Source: a virus. From it: a DNA stretch of 64,000 nucleotides. Position numbers and translations under genes: made by a program. The notes below the pieces were generated by a model that saw only the letters and a program-made list of their open reading frames with translations, did no database searches and was not told the origin of the DNA. Every line of letters begins with the position of its first letter. Positions within the stretch are counted from its first letter, which is position 1. Below, in pieces: positions 55,619 through 64,000 of the stretch. The stretch spans positions 64,001-128,000 of IMG/VR virus record IMGVR_UViG_3300045988_163643. One strand, given 5' to 3'.

Positions 55619-56158
55619 TGTAAAAGAAAATATTGAAGAAGAAAAAATACTTTCTGACGAAGTCATGAAAAGTCCTCATAAAAAAAGAAGAAATTTATCC
55701 CAAAGAAAAAAAGATAGATTAAATGAAGGTATGAAAATATGGACTGCATTTTATCGTTTGAATATCCATAGATTCGCACTGGATTTTTTGGGACTTAATT
55801 TATATCCGTTCCAAATTATATTGCTTTATATGATGAATATAATGTATAGCACTTGCCTAATATGTGCCAGAGGGTTATCGAAATCATATATGACAGCAAT
55901 ATTTCTTTGTTGTAAAGCAATATTATATCCAAATAGTTTAATTGTAGTTTCTTGTTCAACTAAGGAACAAGCCAGAAATCTTATAAAGGAGAAGATAGCT
56001 AAAGAACTATGTTCTCAGTCGAAAATGTTAAATAGAGAAATTGCTAAAGTAGTCACCGGTACTAATGAAACAGTGGTAATCTTCAATAACGGTAGTACTA
56101 TTCAAGCAGTAAATGCTTCTCAAAATACAAGAGGTCTTCGTTGCCATGTACTCGTGGT
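55608..56158 (+). CDS. terL: terminase large subunit, exon 1
   Basis: YPFQIILLYMM...ICARGLSKSYMTAIF (Walker A-like) ... NTRGLRCHVLVV. Start at ATG 55608 (GGTGAGGAAG SD). Confidence 0.75.
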
Positions 56159-56481
56159 AGTTATCTGCCTAGATATACATATATATAAAAGTATATCCGT
56201 AATTGGGTAAAATCGGTAAAAGCTAAGTTCTTATAGAATATGCCAATACCGAGTTAACTGATAAAATTAAAAAGTTATCAGCAATGTAGAGCATAGTAGG
56301 TGAACCTTGCGAACTATTATTAGATAGTTCTTTTTAATTGCAAGAATATAATCTTACCAAGAGTACCCAACACCTTATTGTATAAGGTGAAAATGTATGC
56401 CAAGCTTGTAGGAAACTATAAGAGGTGGATGTGTGAATTGACACACTATTAATAGATAAAAAGCTCCACGATAAAACTTTG
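56159..56481 (+). mobile_element. group I-like intron B (ORF-less, ~323 nt)
   Basis: P1 GGU|AG-UUAU-CUGCC with U.G at the splice site. Ends ..CTTTG. Splicing joins HVLVV|DEYRMI, restoring Walker B DE. Homologous to intron C. Confidence 0.65.
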
Positions 56482-56645
56482 AGATGAGTACAGAATGATA
56501 CAAGGAGGTTTTGATACTTTAAACTCAGTATTAAGACCATTCTTAAACTGTGTTAGAATACCAAAATTTAAAAATAGAGATGATGGAAAATACGCAGATT
56601 ATCCAACTGAGGAAAACCAAGAAATTTACTTAAGTAGTGCGTGGT
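56482..56645 (+). CDS. terL: terminase large subunit, exon 2
   Basis: DEYRMIQGGFDTLNSVLRPFLNCVRIPKFKNRDDGKYADYPTEENQEIYLSSAW. Not reported as an ORF because it is only 54 codons. Confidence 0.7.
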
Positions 56646-56751
56646 AAATTCGTGCCACTTTATATAGCGATATATAAAACAAATTGGGCAAAATCGGTCA
56701 TAGTAAATCGTGAGATTAAGCTGATAAGAGAGACTAAGTATTGTTTAAAAT

Positions 56752-56780
56752 TTTACTTTTAATAAAAAATATAGTATAAT
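56752..56780 (+). promoter_or_regulatory. phage-family promoter TTTACT-17-TATAAT inside intron C
   Basis: TTTACTTTTAATAAAAAATATAGTATAAT, upstream of the endonuclease ORF. Confidence 0.55.
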
Positions 56781-56805
56781 ATAAGTAATGGGGGTGAATA
56801 TTAAA

Positions 56806-57537
56806 ATGAATAAAATAACTACAGAAATAGCATTAAAACGAATTAATGATAAAATAAAAGAAACTAATACAACATTATATGTTGTTAATTTTGAATATGT
56901 AAAAAAGAAAAGTATAATTTATATGAAATGTAGAGTATGTGGAAAAGAAGTTGAAAGAGATTATTGGAGATTTATTCATGCAGGTGGAAAATGTGAATGC
57001 CAATATAAATATAGAAGATGGACTGAAGAAAGATGCATAGAATTAATAAAAAATAATGATTATAATGATGAATATGAATTTGTAAATTTCAATACAGGAG
57101 CTAATATTACAATAAAACATAACATATGTAATCATGAATTTACTAGAGCTTCTTGGAATATAAAAGACAATGGTTTAAAATGTCCATCATGTTATCCACT
57201 TGATAGTGCAGGAGAATTGAATATTGAGAATTATTTAAAATCAAAAAATATTTTATATCAAAAACAGAAAAGATTTAAAGGATGTAAAAATAAAAAGACA
57301 TTACCATTTGATTTTTATTTACCACAATATAATTGTTGTATAGAATTCGATGGCGAACAACATTTTAAACCTGTCGAACACTTAGGTGGAGAAAAACACT
57401 ATAATAATACAGTCATAAATGATGGAATAAAAAATGAATTTTGTAGAAAAAATAATATACTTTTATTAAGAGTACCTTTTTATAAAATAAATGATGTAAA
57501 TGATATTATTGAAAATTTTTTAAACAATATAAGTTAA
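56806..57537 (+). CDS. intron-encoded endonuclease, Vsr/PD-(D/E)xK-like C-terminal domain with zinc-ribbon repeats
   Basis: LPFDFYLPQYNCCIEFDGEQHFKP...NNILLLRVPFYK. CRVCGKEV and CPSCY modules. Start at ATG 56806 (GGGGGTG SD). Confidence 0.55.
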   Translation: MNKITTEIALKRINDKIKETNTTLYVVNFEYVKKKSIIYMKCRVCGKEVERDYWRFIHAGGKCECQYKYRRWTEERCIELIKNNDYNDEYEFVNFNTGANITIKHNICNHEFTRASWNIKDNGLKCPSCYPLDSAGELNIENYLKSKNILYQKQKRFKGCKNKKTLPFDFYLPQYNCCIEFDGEQHFKPVEHLGGEKHYNNTVINDGIKNEFCRKNNILLLRVPFYKINDVNDIIENFLNNIS

Positions 57538-57777
57538 TACCGAGGTAAGATAGAAAATTAAAAAGTTCTATCCACCGTAACGCATAGAGATTGAACCTTT
57601 GTAAGAACTATTATATAATAGTTCTTTTTTGATTACAAAGAATAAAATATCTCCAAGAGTGCCCACTTCTATATTGTATAGAAGAAAATATATGCTGGAC
57701 TGGGTATGAATCGACATACCATAATGCGAGGAAACTCCCAGAACTAGAGGATAAAAAGCCTTTAGGGTAACAAAACG

Positions 57778-58862
57778 TTGAGAATCATTGGAGTTACGAC
57801 CTTTATTCTTCTCATGTTAAGAAAATGTTAGCAGGTGATGATTATTTTGTATGTAATCTACCTTATCAATTATCTGCCTATCATGGAATATTAACTAAAA
57901 AAAGAATACAAGATATTTTATCAGATGAGAATATGTCGGAAATATCATTTACAATGGAATTTGAAGCATTATTTTATTCTGATAAAGATACTAGTTATTT
58001 TAAATCAAGTGATATATTACCTTGTAGAACATTGGAATATGCATGGTATCCTCCAACACCAGAGGAATATTATAGAAATAAAAATAAAGAGAAAAAGAGT
58101 TATTATTTAAAGAGATTAAATGATAAAGAACTTAGAGTAATCAGTTGTGATATAGCTTTAATGAACAGTAAAAATGGGCATGACAATGATAATGCCGTAT
58201 TTACTTTTATAAGAAGTATTCCAAAGAATCAAAATTATATATCACAAGTTTTATGGCAACAGACTCACGAAGGATATAAAGCTAAGCAATTAGCATTAAA
58301 TATAAAAAGATTATATTTTGATACTCAAAGTGATTATATAGTACTAGATACTGCCGGTAGTGGTATATCTGTATTAGATGAGTTAGGTGAATACACAACT
58401 GATGTAGAAAGAGGAATAGTTTATCCTCCATTAAAAGCAATGAATGATGAAAAATATGAAGAACGTTGTGGTTATTCAGAAGCACAAAAATCTATATTTT
58501 GTGTTAATGGTAGTACAAAGTTTAACCATGAAATTGCAGTAACTCTTAAAACAGCATTCCAAAATAAAACCATTAGATTATTAAAAACACAATTTGAAGC
58601 AGATGATTTTATAGAGGGATATAATAAAATGTCTCCTAAAGAACAAGCTGATAAATTGATGCCTTATGTTCAAACTTCTTTAATGCAAGATGAAATAACT
58701 CAATTGGAATATGAAGTAAAAGATTCTTATATTAAACTTTATGAAACAACAGGTAAACGTAAAGATAGATATTCAAGTTTAGCTTATGGTAATTATTTTA
58801 TAAGAGAAAGAGAAAAAAAATTAAAGAAAAAGAAAAAAGGTGGATTAGCTAATCTATGGTAG
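57778..58862 (+). CDS. terL: terminase large subunit, exon 3 (nuclease half)
   Basis: Junction ..SSAW|FENHWSYDLYSSHVKKM. Frame is open only from 57771. Continues to ISCDIALMNS...YIVLDTAGSG. Confidence 0.7.
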
Positions 58863-58899
58863 TCTTATTAAAATATTGAGAAAGAAAGGGATGATATAA

Positions 58900-60360
58900 G
58901 TGAGTGAAGAAAAAAAGCAAAAGAAGTTATTTGCCGAAACTTCTGTAGCTAACAATGCACAAAAATATACAACTAAACCAGTTAAATATAGTGCTAGTGA
59001 AATAATGGGATTCTTAGAAGACCCACAATCAAATGCACTTAACTTACAAAAAGCTAGTATTTGGTTGTATTATAATAGTGGTATCTATAATAGATTAATT
59101 AATAATTATGCTGGTATGAATATCTATGATTTATATTTGTATCCAACTACAATTAGTAAATTTTCTAAATCAAAAAGAAAAATAACTCCTGAAAAATTAT
59201 ATAAAGATTATTTAGATATAAGTAATTTATTAGAAAGAATTAGTTGGAAGTCTAATTATCGTAATATAGGAATTAATCTTATGATACAAGGAGAAGTTTT
59301 CTTATATGATGTATCTGATAATCAAGGTACTATATTAAAAGAGATACCAACAGAAATATGTAAAATATGCAAGGTTATAAATGATAATTTATATAAATAT
59401 GCAATTAATGTTAATAAATTAGGTACAGTTGATTATTATTCAATGATGCCTATAGGATTACAAAGATTATATGACCAACATAAGGCAGGTACATTACTAC
59501 CTGAACAATATTTAGGAACTGCTGGTTCTGGTTATGTAATAGTAGATGACCCTGAAGCAATATGTTTAAGTTTAAATAATATGACTTCAACAAAATCTGT
59601 TCCACCTTTATCTTATTTATTTCCTTCATTATTAAGATTAATGGAAGAAGAAGAAAATGAAGTTGTGGAAAATAAAGCTAATAACTTAAAAATGATACAT
59701 ATGCAATATGATGTAGATGATGAAGGTGAGTCAAAAATAGCAGAAGCAGACCTTATAAAAATGCATAATTCAGCTAAAGCTAATTTGCCAGTAGGAGTTT
59801 GTGTGAATACCAATCCTTTAAAAGTACAAGCGTTAACATTACAAAGAACTGGTAATGTAAATGCAAGTAATAGACAAACATTAACTGAATTAGTTTATAA
59901 TAATTCAGGTGTTAATAGTGAAATATTCAATGGTAATCAAAGTAATAACCAAGCTATTCTTACTGGAGTAACAGCAGATGAAATATATTGTGATACTTTA
60001 AATAATATATTTGAAAACTATACTAAATATAGAATAAAACAATTAAAAAGAAATCCTTTATGGATGGTTAGATTTGTAAGAAATACTCAATACAATAAAC
60101 AAATTTTAATAACTGAATCAATGCAAGGTTGTACCGTAGGATTATCAAGAATGAAATTTTTAGCTTGTAATCATTATGCACCATTAGAAGCATTATCATT
60201 ACTTGAATTTGAAACTGAAAATGGTATAGATGAATTTTTTGTACCTCTAGCTACTTCTTATACTCAAAGTGGAGATGAGGAAGATTTAGGTAGACCTAAA
60301 AATTCAGATAACCCTGATAATCAAAAAGATGTTGGTGAGAATCCTGATAGCACTAAATAA
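58900..60360 (+). CDS. portal protein (putative)
   Basis: 486 aa, immediately after terL, GTG start after AAAGGGA. Called from size and position. Confidence 0.55.
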   Translation: MSEEKKQKKLFAETSVANNAQKYTTKPVKYSASEIMGFLEDPQSNALNLQKASIWLYYNSGIYNRLINNYAGMNIYDLYLYPTTISKFSKSKRKITPEKLYKDYLDISNLLERISWKSNYRNIGINLMIQGEVFLYDVSDNQGTILKEIPTEICKICKVINDNLYKYAINVNKLGTVDYYSMMPIGLQRLYDQHKAGTLLPEQYLGTAGSGYVIVDDPEAICLSLNNMTSTKSVPPLSYLFPSLLRLMEEEENEVVENKANNLKMIHMQYDVDDEGESKIAEADLIKMHNSAKANLPVGVCVNTNPLKVQALTLQRTGNVNASNRQTLTELVYNNSGVNSEIFNGNQSNNQAILTGVTADEIYCDTLNNIFENYTKYRIKQLKRNPLWMVRFVRNTQYNKQILITESMQGCTVGLSRMKFLACNHYAPLEALSLLEFETENGIDEFFVPLATSYTQSGDEEDLGRPKNSDNPDNQKDVGENPDSTK

Positions 60361-60372
60361 TACTTCGTTTTT

Positions 60373-60400
60373 CGATATTTTATTAAAAATATCGTCTTAT
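60373..60400 (+). terminator. hairpin CGATATTT..AAATATCG
   Basis: 8-bp stem with a weak T tract. Confidence 0.35.
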
Positions 60401-60405
60401 AAATA

Positions 60406-60416
60406 ATATGTAAGAT
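60406..60416 (+). promoter_or_regulatory. candidate late-promoter motif ATATGTAAGAT
   Basis: Related to the ATATGTAAAATA 12-mers. Lies ~30 nt upstream of the 60447 start. Confidence 0.3.
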
Positions 60417-60446
60417 TGACATTTTTCAAAGGAGAGTGTTGCTTTT

Positions 60447-60641
60447 ATGCTTGTTTATACGACTGATGAAAGTATAAAAGATAAATTGTTAGATAATAAA
60501 CAAGTCTTAAGAAAACAAAAAGAAGTTAATGGAGAAATGATTTATGTATTCTTTATTAATGATATGAGTTTATTAAATAGAAAATTTAGTAAAGAAGAAA
60601 ATAGTAAAATAATATTAGTAAATAACAAATTTACCTTCTAA
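60447..60641 (+). CDS. hypothetical head-module protein
   Basis: 64 aa, SD AAAGGAGAG. Confidence 0.45.
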   Translation: MLVYTTDESIKDKLLDNKQVLRKQKEVNGEMIYVFFINDMSLLNRKFSKEENSKIILVNNKFTF

Positions 60642-60660
60642 TTTGAAAGGAGGTGTAATT

Positions 60661-61217
60661 ATGGATAACAAGCTTAGACTACCTATTAAAAGATTTGAAA
60701 GTACAGATGAAGTTTTAGCTAATACAAATTTTAAAAAAGTTAAAATATACATTATGCATACAGGTGAAAATCTTAATCATTCTGTATTTTCATTAGATAG
60801 TATAAATGATTCAATAGATACACTTGCAAACATTCCAATATTGGCATTTGTTGAAAAAACTGATGGACAAGATAATAAAGATTTTGCAGGACATGAAACT
60901 GATTTAGATATATTCACAGATAAAGATGGAACAATTAAAGTAAGAGAATATTATAAAGAAGTACCTATTGGAGTAATACCTGAAAGTAATGAATATTTCT
61001 TTGAAGAAAAAGATGGAGAAACATACTTAGGGTGTTATGGTTACATATGGAAATGTTATTCTAATGATGCTTATGACATATTAGAAGAAGACCAAGAAAA
61101 AGAAGTTTCTATGGAAATTTATATAAATAATTGTTCTTATGATAGAAAACAAAGATGTAATATTAATAAATTTGAATTTCTTGGAGTAACAGTTTTAGGT
61201 GCAAAATATCCAGGAGT
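60661..61217 (+). CDS. head scaffold/maturation-protease-like protein, exon 1
   Basis: Start at ATG 60661 (GAAAGGAGGTG SD). Lies between the portal and capsid genes. The ORF runs 6 codons into the intron before a stop. Confidence 0.45.
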
Positions 61218-61612
61218 AATTAGCTCCCTATATTAAGTGATTAGTATAGAAAATTCTCTGAATTGCTTGTAATCCCTAAAGTCAACTAAACTACAACGTG
61301 ATTGGAAACGATGAGCGTGAACGTGGCGAAAGCAGAAAAAATTAGTTGAATGGTATATGGTTAAACCCTAAGTACCATTGCAATGGGTGTCTAGCAGGTA
61401 AGATTCTAAGTTACTATATAAGTAATATGAATAAACTTCAACGACTATTGAAATAATTGTAAGAACCTTATTACAATTAAAGTAAAGTACTCTTAAGTAA
61501 GAGGAAGTAGAGAATGTCTTATTTAGTTAATGTAAGATAATGATATAGTCTCAACGTTTAGCGAAAGCTAAAGAAGTTCATAAGAGAACTGCGTAAGAAT
61601 AACGAACTTATG
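61218..61612 (+). mobile_element. group I-like intron D (ORF-less, ~395 nt), paralog of intron A
   Basis: P1 GGAGU|AAUUA-GCUCC, covarying with intron A. Shared blocks CCCTAAAG, ACTACAACGTG, ATGGTATATGGTTAAA, TAAGATTCTAAGT and TAATGATATAGTCT. Ends ..CTTATG. Confidence 0.6.
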
Positions 61613-62837
61613 TGAAGATATTGCTATGGGGGAAGATTGTATACTTAGTATGAATTTTTCCAAAGAAGATGGTGAATATAAAGAATATTTATCTTCTGTT
61701 GAAAAATTAAATAAATTATTAAAATGTCAAAGAGAGGAGGGATTAAGTGTGGATGTAAATAAAGAAACTTCTACTGTTGAAAACAAAGAAGAATTTGCTG
61801 AAGAAAATAAAGACGAAGAAGTTTGTCCTACTTGTGGAAAAAATCCTTGCGAATGCAAAAAAGAAAATCATGCAGTTAATGATGATGAAGAAGATAAAGC
61901 AGATGACAAAGTAGATGATGATGAAGAAGATAAAGACAAGGATAAAGAAGATGAATCTTGCAAAAAGAAAAATCATGCAACTGAAGATAAAGCAGATGAT
62001 GATAAAAAAGAAGATAAAGAAGATGATGAATCTGACGATGACAAAGATAAAGAAGAAGATGATGATGATAAGTCAGATGAAGATGACAAAGATAAAGAAG
62101 ATGAATCTTGCAAAAAGAAAAATCATACAGTAGAAGATGACAAAGCAGACTTTGGACTTTCTTTAAATAATACATTTAAAGCCATAAGAAAGCAATTAGA
62201 ATCTTACACTTACGAATATGTGAGCTATTGGGGTGACACTTATACTTGGAGAAAATATTATGTAGTAGAATTAATCCCTGAAGATTCAGTTGTTGTTATA
62301 GAAGATGAAGAAGAAAATGAATTCTATGGAATAACTTATTCTATAAATAATGATGATGTTGCTTTAGATTTGGATAATAAAGTATTATATATTCAAGAAT
62401 GGAGAGCCAAAGAAACCAGTTCTGCTAGATTTGAAAATACTGATAAAAAAGAAAAATATACTACTAAAGATGAAGTATATCAAGCAGTTGGAAAAGAATT
62501 AAAAGAACTTAGACAATTTAAAGCTGATATAGAAGCTCAAGAAGAAAAAGCTCAATTCGATGAAAAAGTTAATACTATTTTATCACAATTTGAATTTAGT
62601 GAAGAAGAAACTTCTGATTTAGTAGAAAAAGTTTATAACAAATCAATTAATTTAGATATGTTTGAAACTTGCTTATTTGCTTTAGAAGCTAAAAAGAATA
62701 GAGCTGAAAAAGAAAAATTTGCTAAAATAGAAAAAGAAAACAGTTTAAATATAGTTGATTCTAAAAAAGAAGAACCAGCAAAACCAAAATCAAGATTTGA
62801 TTATCTATTAAAAGAATTTGGAAACAAAAATAAATAA
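61613..62837 (+). CDS. head scaffold-like protein, exon 2 (acidic repeats plus coiled-coil C-terminus)
   Basis: Junction ..LGAKYPGV|EDIAMGEDC. Three C(E/K)KK(E/K)NH(A/T) repeats in a D/E/K-rich region. Scaffold-like helical C-terminal part. Confidence 0.45.
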
Positions 62838-62856
62838 TAAAAGGAGCATGAAAAAC

Positions 62857-63381
62857 ATGGATGTAAAAAATATAGTTAGATTAGACATAATCGAAGGTAA
62901 ACCAAGAACTTTCGTTTATGACAAAAACTTAGAAAATGGATTTTTCCTAGAAATAGATGGAAAAGCTGAAAATGCTGTACTAGGAGTTCAAGCTGATTAC
63001 GAAGCTTATAAAGTTAAATTAGCTACTGCTGATACTAAAAGAGCTAATTTATTATTCCATTGCAGTGTTGCAAACCAATATGATGAAAGAAAATTACCTT
63101 GTGAATTTGAATTAGAAGCAGGTAGACCAGGAAGAGGATATCAACCAGTTTTAGGTGATATAGTTACAATACCAGCAAAATTAGTTGCTGACGAAGTAGT
63201 TGAAAAAGACGAATTAAAATTAGGAGCAGATGGTAAATTAGCTAAAGCTACTACTGGTGACACTGTATTAGCTGTTGTTGAAGCTAAAGAAGACATAGTA
63301 ATACCTATGTATAAATATGAATTTGGAAAACAAGGTGTAGACGATACAGTACAAAAATCATTAGTAATAAGATTTGTATAA
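62857..63381 (+). CDS. head-module protein (decoration or scaffold-associated?)
   Basis: Start at ATG 62857 (AAGGAG 10 nt upstream). GC-richer, biased codon use typical of highly expressed late genes. Confidence 0.5.
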   Translation: MDVKNIVRLDIIEGKPRTFVYDKNLENGFFLEIDGKAENAVLGVQADYEAYKVKLATADTKRANLLFHCSVANQYDERKLPCEFELEAGRPGRGYQPVLGDIVTIPAKLVADEVVEKDELKLGADGKLAKATTGDTVLAVVEAKEDIVIPMYKYEFGKQGVDDTVQKSLVIRFV

Positions 63382-63426
63382 AATATAAAATAAATAAAAT
63401 ATAAGATAAAAAGGAGAATGAGACGA

Positions 63427-64000
63427 ATGTCAGAATTAAATATAACTGATGTAAGAGATATGGCTTACAGTCTATATAAAGGTAAAACTGCTAATTTCGA
63501 TGCAGAATCTGCAAATGAAGCTATAAAAAATATAATACTTAAAACAGCTGGATGTGAAGATGGTTGGGATATGTATAAATTCATGGATAACAAATACAAA
63601 GTATTTGCTATAATGAGAGAAATATTAACTCCAGTTGTAGCTGAAAATGTTTTAGCTAGATTTGAATCTTGGGTAGACATAGAAGATATAGCTTTAGGTG
63701 ACACTAAAGACTTTGAAGTTATGAACCAAGAATTATTTGAAATAGGATATGTAGCTGATGGTACTTCTGAATTAAGAAGACAAAACTTAACTCATGGTAA
63801 AATTACTATGACTGGTTTCCAATTAGGTGCTAAATTATATACTGAATTTGACGATTTTAGAAGAGGTAGAACTGATTTTGCTGAATGGATAAGCAGATTA
63901 GGAAAATCTTTTGAAGTTAAAATAGGTGAATATATAGTTAGAGGTATAGAAGATGCTTACACTAGCTTAGGTGCTAAATTTGGTGTAACTGGTGCATACC
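63427..64000 (+). CDS. major capsid protein (putative), 5' partial - runs off the window
   Basis: Open frame from ATG 63427 (AAGGAG SD) to the window end with no stop. Called from position after the scaffold and from biased codon usage. Confidence 0.5.
   Translation, partial: MSELNITDVRDMAYSLYKGKTANFDAESANEAIKNIILKTAGCEDGWDMYKFMDNKYKVFAIMREILTPVVAENVLARFESWVDIEDIALGDTKDFEVMNQELFEIGYVADGTSELRRQNLTHGKITMTGFQLGAKLYTEFDDFRRGRTDFAEWISRLGKSFEVKIGEYIVRGIEDAYTSLGAKFGVTGAY

Larger units (their letters stand above)
56646..57777 (+). mobile_element. group I-like intron C with endonuclease ORF (~1132 nt)
   Basis: P1 GUGGU|AAAUUCGU-GCCAC. Blocks AATTGGGCAAAATCGGT, ATACCGAGGTAA and CCAAGAGTGCCCA are shared with intron B. 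Ends ..AAAACG. Confidence 0.65.

Noticed and set aside
56334-56540. 68-aa minus-strand ORF
   Set aside because: It lies inside intron B and the terL middle exon, antisense, with no translation signals.
61743-62175. Three overlapping ORFs in the acidic repeat region of the scaffold gene
   Set aside because: These are low-complexity alternative or antisense frames of GAT/GAA/AAA-rich coding sequence.
1-64000. Search for tRNA/rRNA genes, an integrase/att site, a reverse transcriptase (DGR/retron) and known defence or anti-CRISPR operons
   Set aside because: No convincing signatures were seen by eye. Absence cannot be proven without tRNAscan/Infernal/HMM searches.

Overview
This is a very AT-rich dsDNA phage segment with signals typical of low-GC Firmicutes: TTGACx-17-TATAAT promoters, AGGAGG-type Shine-Dalgarno (SD) sites and hairpin plus T-run terminators. 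No rRNA, tRNA, CRISPR array or integrase was recognised. All exon/intron borders, RNA structures and protein-family calls were made by eye from motifs and need computational or experimental confirmation.

Layout:
(i) 1-22.6 kb: 42 small leftward ORFs. About two thirds have their own promoter, SD and 3' hairpin, which resembles a host-takeover early region. Recognisable products are a sigma-like factor, an NYN-like nuclease, three HExxH peptidase-like genes (two SprT-like), an HNH endonuclease, ORF6N/KilAC antirepressor-like proteins and a lipoprotein.
(ii) 22.6-26.7 kb: a roughly 4 kb almost ORF-free control hub. It holds three tandem leftward promoters with a ~0.4 kb leader, dense TGTATACAATATA-type arrays, SOS-box-like palindromes, two micro-gene islands, helically phased GGGAATTTT repeats, a DnaA-box cluster and a GGTTAACC inverted repeat.
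(iii) 26.7-39.5 kb: two leftward tail-fibre modules (SHAEG-repeat fibres and a CotH/Big_2/LamG fibre). They are separated by a rightward accessory island carrying a solo tnpB with an omega-RNA-like tail and a Hint-like ORF.
(iv) 39.6-54 kb: a RecD-like helicase, a leftward lysis cassette with two signal-peptide murein hydrolases, a second sigma-like ORF, an HU-like protein with a very long acidic tail, four tandem copies of a covarying structured RNA unit, a TerD-domain protein and a metallophosphoesterase.
(v) 54.2-64 kb: the packaging/head module (terS, terL, portal, scaffold/protease-like protein, partial capsid gene), interrupted by four group I-like introns that form two paralogous pairs. 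One intron carries a Vsr/PD-(D/E)xK-like endonuclease ORF.
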